Positions 8,428 to 16,507 of a DNA stretch of 41,588 nt are shown in pieces. The DNA is taken from positions 1 to 41,588 of IMG/VR virus record IMGVR_UViG_3300037790_000127; one strand, written 5' to 3'. A program made the position numbers and the translations under genes. The DNA is from a virus (Duplodnaviria > Caudoviricetes). Position 1 is the stretch's first letter. Each line of letters starts with the position of its first letter. A model generated the notes under the pieces. That model was not told where the DNA came from and ran no database searches. It saw nothing but the letters and a program-made list of their open reading frames with translations.

Positions 8428-8650
8428 CCAAATCTGGTAACGGTTCACCATAAAGAAGGTGTTCTGGTGTCACCGCCAGCACCTTTGCGATTTTGTTGAG
8501 AGATTCAGCCTTTGGTTGAGCGTTCTCTCTGCGCTTCCAAGTGTGGATCTGGTGGTATGGTACACCAGACTCCTCCGAGAGCTGGGCCATGTTCATGCCC
8601 ATCTCGTCCATGCGCGCCATCAATCGTTCTGCAAAAGCACTGTGAGTCAT
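8309..8650 (-). CDS. CI-like XRE repressor lacking an S24 peptidase domain
   Basis: HTH MNMAQLSEESGVPYHQIHTWKRRE..PKAESLNKIAKVLAVTPEHLLYG; only ~113 aa; divergent from a cro-like gene across operators. Confidence 0.85.
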   Translation of the reverse strand: MTHSAFAERLMARMDEMGMNMAQLSEESGVPYHQIHTWKRRENAQPKAESLNKIAKVLAVTPEHLLYGEPLPDLASRIRSELQHELSRLSEEELRVLLAAAKAMRAPPLGEGD

Positions 8651-8665
8651 GATTAACATTTAGCC

Positions 8666-8730
8666 ATTGGCAATCGCCAAATGCAATTTGGCAGATGCCG
8701 ATTGACAAAGTTTGGCAAATGCCAAACAAT
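8666..8730. promoter_or_regulatory. OR-like triple operator and PR promoter
   Basis: ATTGGCAATCGCCAAA (8666-8681), TTTGGCAGATGCCGAT (8687-8702), TTTGGCAAATGCCAAA (8711-8726); TTGACA(8702)-N17-AACAAT(8725). Confidence 0.85.
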
Positions 8731-8736
8731 GGCGCC

Positions 8737-8946
8737 ATGAACAATGACGCTGACAACATCAAACTCATAGAGCAAATCGCAGAGGAAACCGGTTTCAAAC
8801 CGTCTACGATTTGTTCTCGGGCGTGTAACGACCCGCTGCTTTATGACCGGTTGAAGCGGAGGCGCGATGCTGACGTGAAACGTGCTCAGAAGCTCTCTGC
8901 CTACCGTGAGCAAGAAGCCAGCCGCAGAGCTGGTGTTAAGCAATGA
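8737..8946 (+). CDS. Cro-like small DNA-binding protein
   Basis: Divergent from the repressor; IAEETGFKPSTICSRACNDPLLYDRL is HTH-like; ATG 7 nt after the -10 element. Confidence 0.75.
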   Translation: MNNDADNIKLIEQIAEETGFKPSTICSRACNDPLLYDRLKRRRDADVKRAQKLSAYREQEASRRAGVKQ

Positions 8947-9023
8947 ACTTCTGAAGCTGTTCGTTTTTTCCATGCCCTCAGTTAGGGCGCTGTGCCCCAA
9001 ACCCCCAAGGAAAAGATGTTTCC

Positions 9024-9449
9024 ATGTCCAGCCGTTACGACAGCCCTGCGCTCCGCACCATTTTTGCCAGCCTCATCCGTAAGGCCGGTGGCGGTCCGTC
9101 CGTTATTGTGGCGGTCGAAGAACTGACGGGACGCAAAATGTCCGTCGGGACGCTGAGCAAGATCTCCAACGGGGATATGCGGATGGATTGGGAAGTGGCC
9201 TTCATCCTCGAGGACATCGTGGAGGAGTTCCCATTTCAGGAATACTTAAACGCCCGTCGCGATCAAACCATAAGCCAGAGTGATCAGCATCGCCTTGCCT
9301 TGGCAGCGCTGAAGGAGATCGGTGAGGTGCCGGCGGCTGTGCTTCACTTCATCACGACCGGTGAATCCACATTGCTGGAGAAGGAAGGGGCAGAGGGCTC
9401 CGCCGCGATCCAGGCGCTGTTGGACTACGTGAAGGGGAGGGCGGCGTGA
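9024..9449 (+). CDS. CII-like / phage regulatory protein
   Basis: Position after cro; HTH-like MSVGTLSKISNG followed by a helical C-terminus; AAGGA RBS. Confidence 0.6.
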   Translation: MSSRYDSPALRTIFASLIRKAGGGPSVIVAVEELTGRKMSVGTLSKISNGDMRMDWEVAFILEDIVEEFPFQEYLNARRDQTISQSDQHRLALAALKEIGEVPAAVLHFITTGESTLLEKEGAEGSAAIQALLDYVKGRAA

Positions 9450-9682
9450 TGAATTCGAGTCTTCACGATCGTCTTGATGGGATCAAGCAAACCGGTCGCG
9501 CGATTGCAGCCTATGACGCGATCCTTCGCAGTGACGATGCACGTGACACAGTCGATGTCGCGTCGATTGGAAGTGCCTGAGATATGGCCCGAGTTAGGAG
9601 TTCCAAGCATGTGTACGCAGATTGTGCTGACCGAGCACAACGTAATCGCTCTGATCGTGACACAGGGCGTTTTGGCCGTCAC

Positions 9683-10189
9683 TCAGATTGCGATTGTCTT
9701 CTTCATCACCTCGTTGGCGCGGTCTTTATAGTGGAATGCGAAGCGGAGCTTTCCGTAGACGCGCCCTTCGCCTTTGGCGAACACGTAGATGTGGGCGACA
9801 CTATTGCGGGGCCCGATTGTTTTGGAGGAGGGCTCAACCGATTTCCGGCCTGCGGGGTTCAACTCTGGGATCGCAATGGAGCCACCCGAACCGTCTGTCA
9901 TGCTTCCCTCTTTGAAGGGAAAAAGCCGAAGTCCCCGGCGCAAGCTACTTATGCTGGTGACAACGACCGTGGCTTCACTTGGGTTGGTGATCTTAACGCG
10001 GATCTCGTGCCATCCTGCTCCGAGAGGACTCTGTCTGCTATCAACGTATGGCTCGAAAATAGGCAACGGTCTTTTGCTTTGTGCCTTGATGAGTCGGTTC
10101 TGGTTCCAAGTTCCGAATGCTGCCCAAATGGCAGCCACCGCAGAAACGGTCGCGGCAGCAAGCGTCGCGGTCTCTGTGTTGAATTCCAT
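9683..10189 (-). CDS. N-terminally membrane-anchored accessory protein
   Basis: Hydrophobic LAAATVSAVAAIWAAFGTW then a beta-rich soluble domain; opposite strand to the flanking operon. Confidence 0.65.
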   Translation of the reverse strand: MEFNTETATLAAATVSAVAAIWAAFGTWNQNRLIKAQSKRPLPIFEPYVDSRQSPLGAGWHEIRVKITNPSEATVVVTSISSLRRGLRLFPFKEGSMTDGSGGSIAIPELNPAGRKSVEPSSKTIGPRNSVAHIYVFAKGEGRVYGKLRFAFHYKDRANEVMKKTIAI

Positions 10190-10370
10190 CTCTCTACTTT
10201 CGTTCGTTTGGTTTGCACCTCGAACGATGCATGCAACCGCGACGTGCGTAAAGCACGGGTTGCATGCGCCACTGCAGCAGGTTCCGGCGCCCTTCTTGCC
10301 GATGATAACACTGACCGGGGGGCAGGTGACCTGCGTGCAGCCCCCACTTCAACCACTCCCTGTTGGACTT

Positions 10371-10408
10371 GGGCACGTGGTGGCTTTGTTCGCCACGTGC
10401 CCCTTTTT
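10371..10408 (+). terminator. Intrinsic terminator-like hairpin in the rightward early transcript
   Basis: GGGCACGTGG/CCACGTGCCC 10-bp stem followed by CTTTTT. Confidence 0.6.
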
Positions 10409-10422
10409 CGGGGAGGTGGGTC

Positions 10423-10701
10423 ATGAGCGCGCATAGCGTCAAAAGTCGTGCGAGGCACCCGGATCCCAAAACCTATGCGCGTGAGCAATATCGCGTTGGG
10501 CACATCCTCTTTGAGGTGTGCGATCACCCTGAAAACGGCAAGACCTTTGCTTTGATCGCTGGCGAGGCGACTGAAGCCAAGTTCTTGCGCCCTTTGTTTA
10601 CTGGCTTTGTCCAGCGCGGGATGGGCACGCAACTGCGCCGTTTGGCGCATCGCTTTGATGAGCTTGAAGCAGATCTTCCACCAAATGGAGATGACAGATG
10701 A
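10423..10701 (+). CDS. Hypothetical phage protein
   Basis: ATG 10423 behind a GGAGGT RBS; overlaps the next gene. Confidence 0.7.
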   Translation: MSAHSVKSRARHPDPKTYAREQYRVGHILFEVCDHPENGKTFALIAGEATEAKFLRPLFTGFVQRGMGTQLRRLAHRFDELEADLPPNGDDR

Positions 10702-11558
10702 CCCTTCGCCCCATCGACGTGTCAGACCAACCGCCAGTTAAGTGCAAGGCTCCGAACGCTGAGCCAGAACTGAGGTGGCTGGATGTTGCGGATCTGGTCG
10801 TAAACGATCTGTATCAGCGACCCATTGGTGCAAAAGGTTGGGGGGTGATCCGCAAGATTGCCGGTAAGTTTGATTGGTCGAAGTTCACGCCGATCACTGT
10901 TGCACCCAGCGGTTCAGAGATCGGCAGCTTTGCAATCATTGATGGGCAGCATCGTGTGCATGCCGCTGCGATGATCGGTGTGCGCCGGGTTCCTGCGCTT
11001 GTGGCTGACATACCGCCCGCGAGGCAAGCGGCGTGTTTCGCGGCAATCAACTCCGCGCGCACCAATGTGACCGCATTTCACCTTTTCAAAGCAGGGCTTG
11101 CGGCTGGTGAAGTTTGGGCAGGCATCGCCAATGCTGCAGTTGATAGCGGTGGGTGTCAGCTGATGACCTACAATAAGTCCAGCAAAAACCGCGAGCCGCG
11201 CGAGATCTACGCCATCGGATTGATCCGGGGCTACACCTCGCAGAAGAACGGTGTCTGGGTTGTAACTCGTGCGTTGCAGGCGCTGAGTGGATCGACGCGC
11301 GCCGAGGATCCGAATTTATACCAATCACGTATTCTAAAGCCTTGGTTGTCAGTCCTTTGGGATGATCAGAAACTCTGTCAGCTGGATCTCGAGGCGTTCG
11401 TCTCGAAGGTGGACCTGGTCAGTGTTCGGGATCGGATCGGGGTGATGCGCGAGAAACCAGAATTCGCAAAGTGGTCAGATTACGCCTTAGCTGCCAAGTC
11501 GTTCAAAGCCCTTCTGAACAAGGCTGTCCGGGATGGCGAAATCGGCGACCGAGCATGA
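10698..11558 (+). CDS. ParB/Srx-like N-terminal domain protein
   Basis: YQRP..., FDWSKFTPITVAP and IIDGQHRVHAA motifs. Confidence 0.8.
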   Translation: MTLRPIDVSDQPPVKCKAPNAEPELRWLDVADLVVNDLYQRPIGAKGWGVIRKIAGKFDWSKFTPITVAPSGSEIGSFAIIDGQHRVHAAAMIGVRRVPALVADIPPARQAACFAAINSARTNVTAFHLFKAGLAAGEVWAGIANAAVDSGGCQLMTYNKSSKNREPREIYAIGLIRGYTSQKNGVWVVTRALQALSGSTRAEDPNLYQSRILKPWLSVLWDDQKLCQLDLEAFVSKVDLVSVRDRIGVMREKPEFAKWSDYALAAKSFKALLNKAVRDGEIGDRA

Positions 11559-11950
11559 CGGCCGTTGCAATGAACGAGGTTGAAGAACACCGGCAGGGAT
11601 CAATATTGGTCGACCTTTGCGTGTTGCTGCAAGCGGTGCGACCTGAAGATATCCAAAAGGTGTCGATGTTGCTGGTCTCCTGGTTGGATGACGTCAGTGC
11701 CGGATCGCCTCAGCTCGATCCCTTCGGCGATTTGCGGGGGGACGCTCAGTTTTGGGCAGAGACTGCTCATCCTGCAGAACTTGAATCCTACGTCGCGGCC
11801 GGGACCCGGCGTTTAGAACGCACTCAACTCTCTGAGGCGGCTCGGAAAAGGCTCTTTGTGGTTTTCTGGGAGATCATGTCCGATGCGGATCGTCGCAAGT
11901 TCCTGCAGCGCGCGGATCCCTCCGGGGCGTTCCAGAAGGTGAACCCGTGA
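11555..11950 (+). CDS. Hypothetical protein
   Basis: ATGA overlap with the upstream gene; 131 aa. Confidence 0.7.
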   Translation: MTAVAMNEVEEHRQGSILVDLCVLLQAVRPEDIQKVSMLLVSWLDDVSAGSPQLDPFGDLRGDAQFWAETAHPAELESYVAAGTRRLERTQLSEAARKRLFVVFWEIMSDADRRKFLQRADPSGAFQKVNP

Positions 11951-12792
11951 AGGATGGTTTGGATTTGGTGGATTCTGGTGATCCCTTCGATCTTGTCACA
12001 CCAATTGGTGGATCTGGTGAGATGGATGCCGCTCAGAAGCCTGCAGCGTCTGTTGCTGCGAGTGATCCCTATCGCAAGCAAGCGATAGCGAGTGCGCGGG
12101 AGATCCTAAGAACTTCCTATCCCGGCGAACGTGGCGTGGTTCGTGCCTATTTGCGGGCCTGTAAAATCGAGCTGGATCCGCTGCCAGAGCTTCTCAGGTT
12201 TCGACTGGATCACCCGTATGTCAAAAAGACCGGCGGTGAGTATCAGGTGCTGCATCGAGGACCTTGTGTCCTAGCTCCGATTCATGACGAAGGCGGGCAG
12301 GTTATCGGTGTGATGCAGATCTGGGTTGATCTTCAGCCCCCGCATCATCGGGCGAAAATACAGCTCAATGATAACCCTGTTTCGGCAGAAATTGTCCGTG
12401 GGTCCAGTAAAGGCGGGTTCGTCCCTCTCATCACCCCCAAGGGGGCAGACACGCTTGTGATGTCAGCTTCGATGGAAGCTGCTTTGCTCACTTATATGGA
12501 TCGGCCAGATGCGCTGCAGGATGCTGCGTTCTGGGCAGGTGCTGATCTGAAGAATATGTCGGGCAAGATGTTGCGGCAAAAGGGCATGCGATACTCAGGT
12601 CTCCCCGATCTCACTGATACCTCCAGTTTTGTGCCCCCTCATTGGGTAAAGCGCTTGATCTTCCTTCAGGAGGGGAGCGCCGCCGGCACCAGGGAAAAGC
12701 TCGAGTGTGGATTGAAGCGCGCAATGCACATCCGACCAGGGCTGAAAGCGTCGATCGTTCGGGTCTCCGGCACGGTTGGCGGTGCGGGGTAG
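11947..12792 (+). CDS. Primase-related (Toprim-like) protein, apparently degenerate
   Basis: VRAYLRA, LRFRLDHPY, GPCVLAPI, RGSSKGG and AAFWAGADLKNM resemble alphaproteobacterial phage primases; lies upstream of the helicase. Confidence 0.6.
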   Translation: MKDGLDLVDSGDPFDLVTPIGGSGEMDAAQKPAASVAASDPYRKQAIASAREILRTSYPGERGVVRAYLRACKIELDPLPELLRFRLDHPYVKKTGGEYQVLHRGPCVLAPIHDEGGQVIGVMQIWVDLQPPHHRAKIQLNDNPVSAEIVRGSSKGGFVPLITPKGADTLVMSASMEAALLTYMDRPDALQDAAFWAGADLKNMSGKMLRQKGMRYSGLPDLTDTSSFVPPHWVKRLIFLQEGSAAGTREKLECGLKRAMHIRPGLKASIVRVSGTVGGAG

Positions 12793-12795
12793 ATC

Positions 12796-13077
12796 ATGAC
12801 GATTGAGTTCCTCTGCGCCTCTGATGCGGCAGTTGCAGACTACGCAAGCGAGACTGCAGAAGAGTTCTACTCCGCGCGCCGGCCGGACCTGAAGGCACAG
12901 GATTTTGCGGCGATCTCAACTTGGTTGGCGTGGAAATCTGGCCAGTCTGGGCAGTTGGCGAAAAAGGCGGGCCTCGAAGGCGACACTGAGCTGTCTGCCG
13001 AGCTGAAAGAGTGGCGGAACGTCCTCTTTCAAGCGGCGCTTCTCACACGTGAATTCAGCAAATCAAAAGAGCTTTAA
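12796..13077 (+). CDS. Hypothetical protein
   Basis: 93-aa ORF tightly packed in the operon. Confidence 0.65.
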   Translation: MTIEFLCASDAAVADYASETAEEFYSARRPDLKAQDFAAISTWLAWKSGQSGQLAKKAGLEGDTELSAELKEWRNVLFQAALLTREFSKSKEL

Positions 13078-13105
13078 CGAGCCAAATGACGAAAGGAGTG
13101 CGGGC

Positions 13106-14980
13106 ATGACGCAGGACGATAGTCCGCTTCGGGCGGATTTCGAAAACGAAGAAGTCGTCGCACCGATGGATGACACGGCACAACCCCAGGAGCCTAGAGG
13201 AACGGCATCGAGGGCCAGTGCGGTAAAACGCTCATCGGGGCGGGGCGATAAGCGGGGAGGTGGCAAACCGTCCTCGATCTTGCCTGAGGGATTTCCAGTG
13301 CAACCGCTCGGCATGTCGGCTGGGAAGTACTATTTCCTCAATGCGCGGGGTGAGCGTATCGATTTGACAGCCGGCGCGTTAAGCCAGCGCGCTAATCTGG
13401 TGTCTCTGTTGGCAGGCAGCACAATGCCAAAGCGGCACCTGAAAGATCTCGCGCCGCCAGATTCGCGCAAGGATACGGATTTTAACCCTGCGAATGCAGC
13501 TGACAAGCTCATGCAGGCCTGTGCCGAGATGCCACTTTATGACCCTTCAAAGCCAGTTCGGCATTTCGGGACTTGGCGTGGTGGATCGGTCCACCCGGTT
13601 GTCCACCTAGGCGAAACTGTCGAAACCTCACCGGAAGAAGATGTCGTCGGCCGTATGATCGGCAGTGACCTCTACCCCGCGGTGCCGACGCTGGGCCTCC
13701 CGGATAGGGCCGCGGCCACCGCAGAAGACATGAATATCATCCGGCTGGCGCTCCGCGATGGCTGGAACTGGGTTTCTCCAGATGCAGTGGATATCGTGAT
13801 CGGGTGGATTGGCCAGGCCGCACTGGGCCAGTATCCACGCTGGCGCAGCCATATGTGGATTCGCGGGCGCTCCGGCGCGGGTAAGACTACTTTGCTCGAA
13901 GTCATATCCTCTTTGCTCGGAGGTATGTCTACGGGCGTGAAGAGTAGCGGCTCATCGGCCTCGATCAGGCAGACCACAAACCGGATGGCAATTGCACGGA
14001 TCTTCGATGAGGCAGAGGGTACCGGGACCGGCGACATCGAAGATGTGATCGCTCTCTTTCGTTTGATGTCGGATGCCCATGGTGCGCGAGTGGAACGTGG
14101 CACGTCCGACCATACTGGGATCCGGTTTGAGATCTACGGTGCCGGCCTGCTGGGCTCGATCATTCCGGGCTCGATGACGCCACAGGACCGATCCCGTTTT
14201 GTTGTTCTCCCTTTGAAGGTTAGGGAAAAGTCTTCCGATCCGGCGCGCGATGCCGTCGAGCTCGACAAGTTGGAACGAAAGGCAAAGGAGCTTGGGCCTC
14301 GGGTTTGGCGGCGCATGCTGAACCTGGCGTCCCAGCGTTGGGATAGCACGTTCCGGGTCTACAACAGTCTGGTGCAGAGCCTTGGTGCCCAGGCACGTGC
14401 CGGCGACACGGTGGGTGCATTGCTTGCCGGCTGGGACCTGATGCTGTTCGAGAGGCCGCTGGTCGATCCGACGACCAAGGAGGCGGATCCAGAGCGAATG
14501 GAGCGCGCCTTGCAAATCGCCTTGCCGCTAGTCGAGGAGACGCGGGAAGCCGAAGAGGAGGGCGAAGGTGAGCGCCTGCTGACCTGGATCTTCGGAGCGA
14601 TGATCCACAAGGATCACGGTGGCATGGTCTCTGTCAGCGAACTGATACAGACCATTCAGGACTATCAGGACATCAAGTCCGGGGAGTACCAGAACAAACT
14701 GCTGGGGCGCCTCGGTCTCAGGGTCATGCCGGGCGAGCGTGGGCAGCGCGACCTCCTCGTTGCGAATGGTGAAAATCCGCAGCTGAACAAGGCGCTTGCG
14801 AATACCCGGTGGCGTGGCGGTGGGCACCGCGCAGCGCTTGATACGATGCCTGAAGTTGCGCCTACCCCCAAGCCCGTCAGAGTGGATGGCAGGAGCAAAA
14901 GGGGCCTCGTGGTGCCCGCGCGCTTCCTCCCCGGTTACATCAAGGACACCGCCTCAAAAGAGGGGGGAAATCCCAGTTGA
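13106..14980 (+). CDS. P-loop NTPase, replicative helicase-like
   Basis: Walker A GRSGAGKT and Walker B IFDEAE; start MTQDD behind AAGGAG; followed by iterons. Confidence 0.8.
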   Translation: MTQDDSPLRADFENEEVVAPMDDTAQPQEPRGTASRASAVKRSSGRGDKRGGGKPSSILPEGFPVQPLGMSAGKYYFLNARGERIDLTAGALSQRANLVSLLAGSTMPKRHLKDLAPPDSRKDTDFNPANAADKLMQACAEMPLYDPSKPVRHFGTWRGGSVHPVVHLGETVETSPEEDVVGRMIGSDLYPAVPTLGLPDRAAATAEDMNIIRLALRDGWNWVSPDAVDIVIGWIGQAALGQYPRWRSHMWIRGRSGAGKTTLLEVISSLLGGMSTGVKSSGSSASIRQTTNRMAIARIFDEAEGTGTGDIEDVIALFRLMSDAHGARVERGTSDHTGIRFEIYGAGLLGSIIPGSMTPQDRSRFVVLPLKVREKSSDPARDAVELDKLERKAKELGPRVWRRMLNLASQRWDSTFRVYNSLVQSLGAQARAGDTVGALLAGWDLMLFERPLVDPTTKEADPERMERALQIALPLVEETREAEEEGEGERLLTWIFGAMIHKDHGGMVSVSELIQTIQDYQDIKSGEYQNKLLGRLGLRVMPGERGQRDLLVANGENPQLNKALANTRWRGGGHRAALDTMPEVAPTPKPVRVDGRSKRGLVVPARFLPGYIKDTASKEGGNPS

Positions 14981-14994
14981 CCCGTTGGAGGCGC

Positions 14995-15271
14995 GTTACG
15001 CTTGCTCCCAAACGTAACGCAAACGTAACGCCTTAAGTAACGGAGGTAATGTGATGAAAAGATTGCGAAATACTTGAAGAAAGCCTGTGAAGTTACGGTG
15101 TTACGCGGCAGGGAGAGCTTCCTTGACGGGCAGGCGCGTGAACGGTGCGCACAAAATCACCGTAACGCCGTTACTTAGATCTATCTGATTGGAAAAAGAT
15201 ATTAATAAACAAGCTCTTGGGTGAGTTACGGAGGCCGTTACGGTGGCGTTACACTCAAATCAAAACGTAAC
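14995..15271. repeat. Iteron-like GTAAC/GTTAC cluster, probable replication origin
   Basis: 12 copies counted at 14995, 15014, 15025, 15037, 15092, 15100, 15162, 15170, 15225, 15237, 15248 and 15267, with AT-rich spacers. Confidence 0.75.
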
Positions 15272-15310
15272 GGGCGAAGAAGGGCAGTGGAAATGATGAT
15301 GAGGGTGAAC

Positions 15311-15898
15311 ATGACAGGTAGTTCGGCAATAGCAGGCAGCGTGCTATGCAATCCTGGTCCGGTGCGGTGGCATGCGTTGTTCGTATCAGCTCAGAAGGAA
15401 GAGCAGGCCGAAGCGTGGCTGGCACGAAGGGGTGTCTATGGGTTCCACCCTGTGACCACCAGGAAGACCAGGCGGGCAGGGAAGGCCCGGCAGTACCATC
15501 GGCGCTATCTGCCGGGCTACGTGTTTGCCCGTTTCCCTGGTGAAGCGATTGTACATGCGGTCACAGCCTGTCCGTTTGTCCATGGCGCACTTAGCAGGAC
15601 GGACGGATCTTGGGGTGTGATCCTCCCGAAAGACCTGCGCTCTCTTCATGCGATGCGCAAGCTAGACGAAGAGGCTGACCGGTCACGCAGGAGTGCGGAG
15701 CGTAAGCGGCGCAGAGACGCGGTTGTGAAGCGGGGTGATGCTGCATTGTTCAGTTCAGGTGCTTTTGCGGGCCATCGCTGTGAGGTGGTCGAGCTGCTTG
15801 CTAACGGAGGTGCACGCGTCAATTTCAGTCTCTTTGGCCGCGAGGTGCTAACGACCACCGATACTGCTGATCTAGTTACGATCCACCGCAACGGTTGA
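15311..15898 (+). CDS. NusG-paralogue transcription antiterminator (late regulator)
   Basis: NGN motifs WHALFV..QKEEQAEAWL and YLPGYVFARF; KOW-like GD....SGAFAGH...V.FSLFGR; sits in the Q position before the head genes. Confidence 0.85.
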   Translation: MTGSSAIAGSVLCNPGPVRWHALFVSAQKEEQAEAWLARRGVYGFHPVTTRKTRRAGKARQYHRRYLPGYVFARFPGEAIVHAVTACPFVHGALSRTDGSWGVILPKDLRSLHAMRKLDEEADRSRRSAERKRRRDAVVKRGDAALFSSGAFAGHRCEVVELLANGGARVNFSLFGREVLTTTDTADLVTIHRNG

Positions 15899-16086
15899 CT
15901 CCGCAATTTCATCGGAACTAACGTCCACACCCATAGCCTTATTCCGGCAGGTCCCCGCGCGATACGCGGCAGCGCCCCGGATGCTGGGCGGCGGGCTCTG
16001 GTTTAAAACGCTCAGAGTGACCCGCCTTCAATGTGCCCGGAGCGAGCGTAGCTGCCGGGCCTTTCCCATCCCTAAGTGAGTTCACC

Positions 16087-16452
16087 ATGCCGAAGCTGAA
16101 GAAGCTGGAGCCCAAGCTCCGGGGATTGGAAACTCGTGTCGCGGTCCTCAAGACCGATCACGACACAGCGCGTCGGCAGCAACACGCATGGCGCCGATGG
16201 TATCACACAGCGCGATGGCGCAAGCTTCGGATGCAATGTCTAGAGCGCGATTTGTTCACCTGCCAAATGTGCGGTGACTGTGAGGCCGATACCTCGAAGC
16301 TCATTGCGGACCATATCCGGCGTCACGGTGGTGATCCCAAGCTGTTCTGGGATCCTGATAACCTGCAGTGCCTGTGCAAGCACTGCCACGACAATGACAA
16401 GCAGCGTGCCGAGGCCGCCGAACGGATGGCCGGGCGCATAGGGGGGGTCTAA
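16087..16452 (+). CDS. HNH endonuclease (packaging-associated)
   Basis: CQMC..ADHIRRH.G....FWDPDNLQCLCKHCHD; directly before terS. Confidence 0.9.
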   Translation: MPKLKKLEPKLRGLETRVAVLKTDHDTARRQQHAWRRWYHTARWRKLRMQCLERDLFTCQMCGDCEADTSKLIADHIRRHGGDPKLFWDPDNLQCLCKHCHDNDKQRAEAAERMAGRIGGV

Positions 16453-16507
16453 TCCCTCCGGTGGGCCCAGCCCGCCAACCGGCGGATCACTCATGTGGAG
16501 ATTTTTT

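Noticed and set aside
9449-9580. 43-aa ORF after the CII-like gene
   Set aside because: Plausible coupling and RBS, but short with no motif; may be a fragment truncated by the neighbouring insertion
9584-10426. 280-aa plus-strand ORF
   Set aside because: Overlaps the better-supported minus-strand membrane gene and the hairpin region; Arg/Cys-rich composition typical of shadow frames
14995-15271. CRISPR array
   Set aside because: Repeats are 5-7 bp, in both orientations and irregularly spaced; no cas genes in the window
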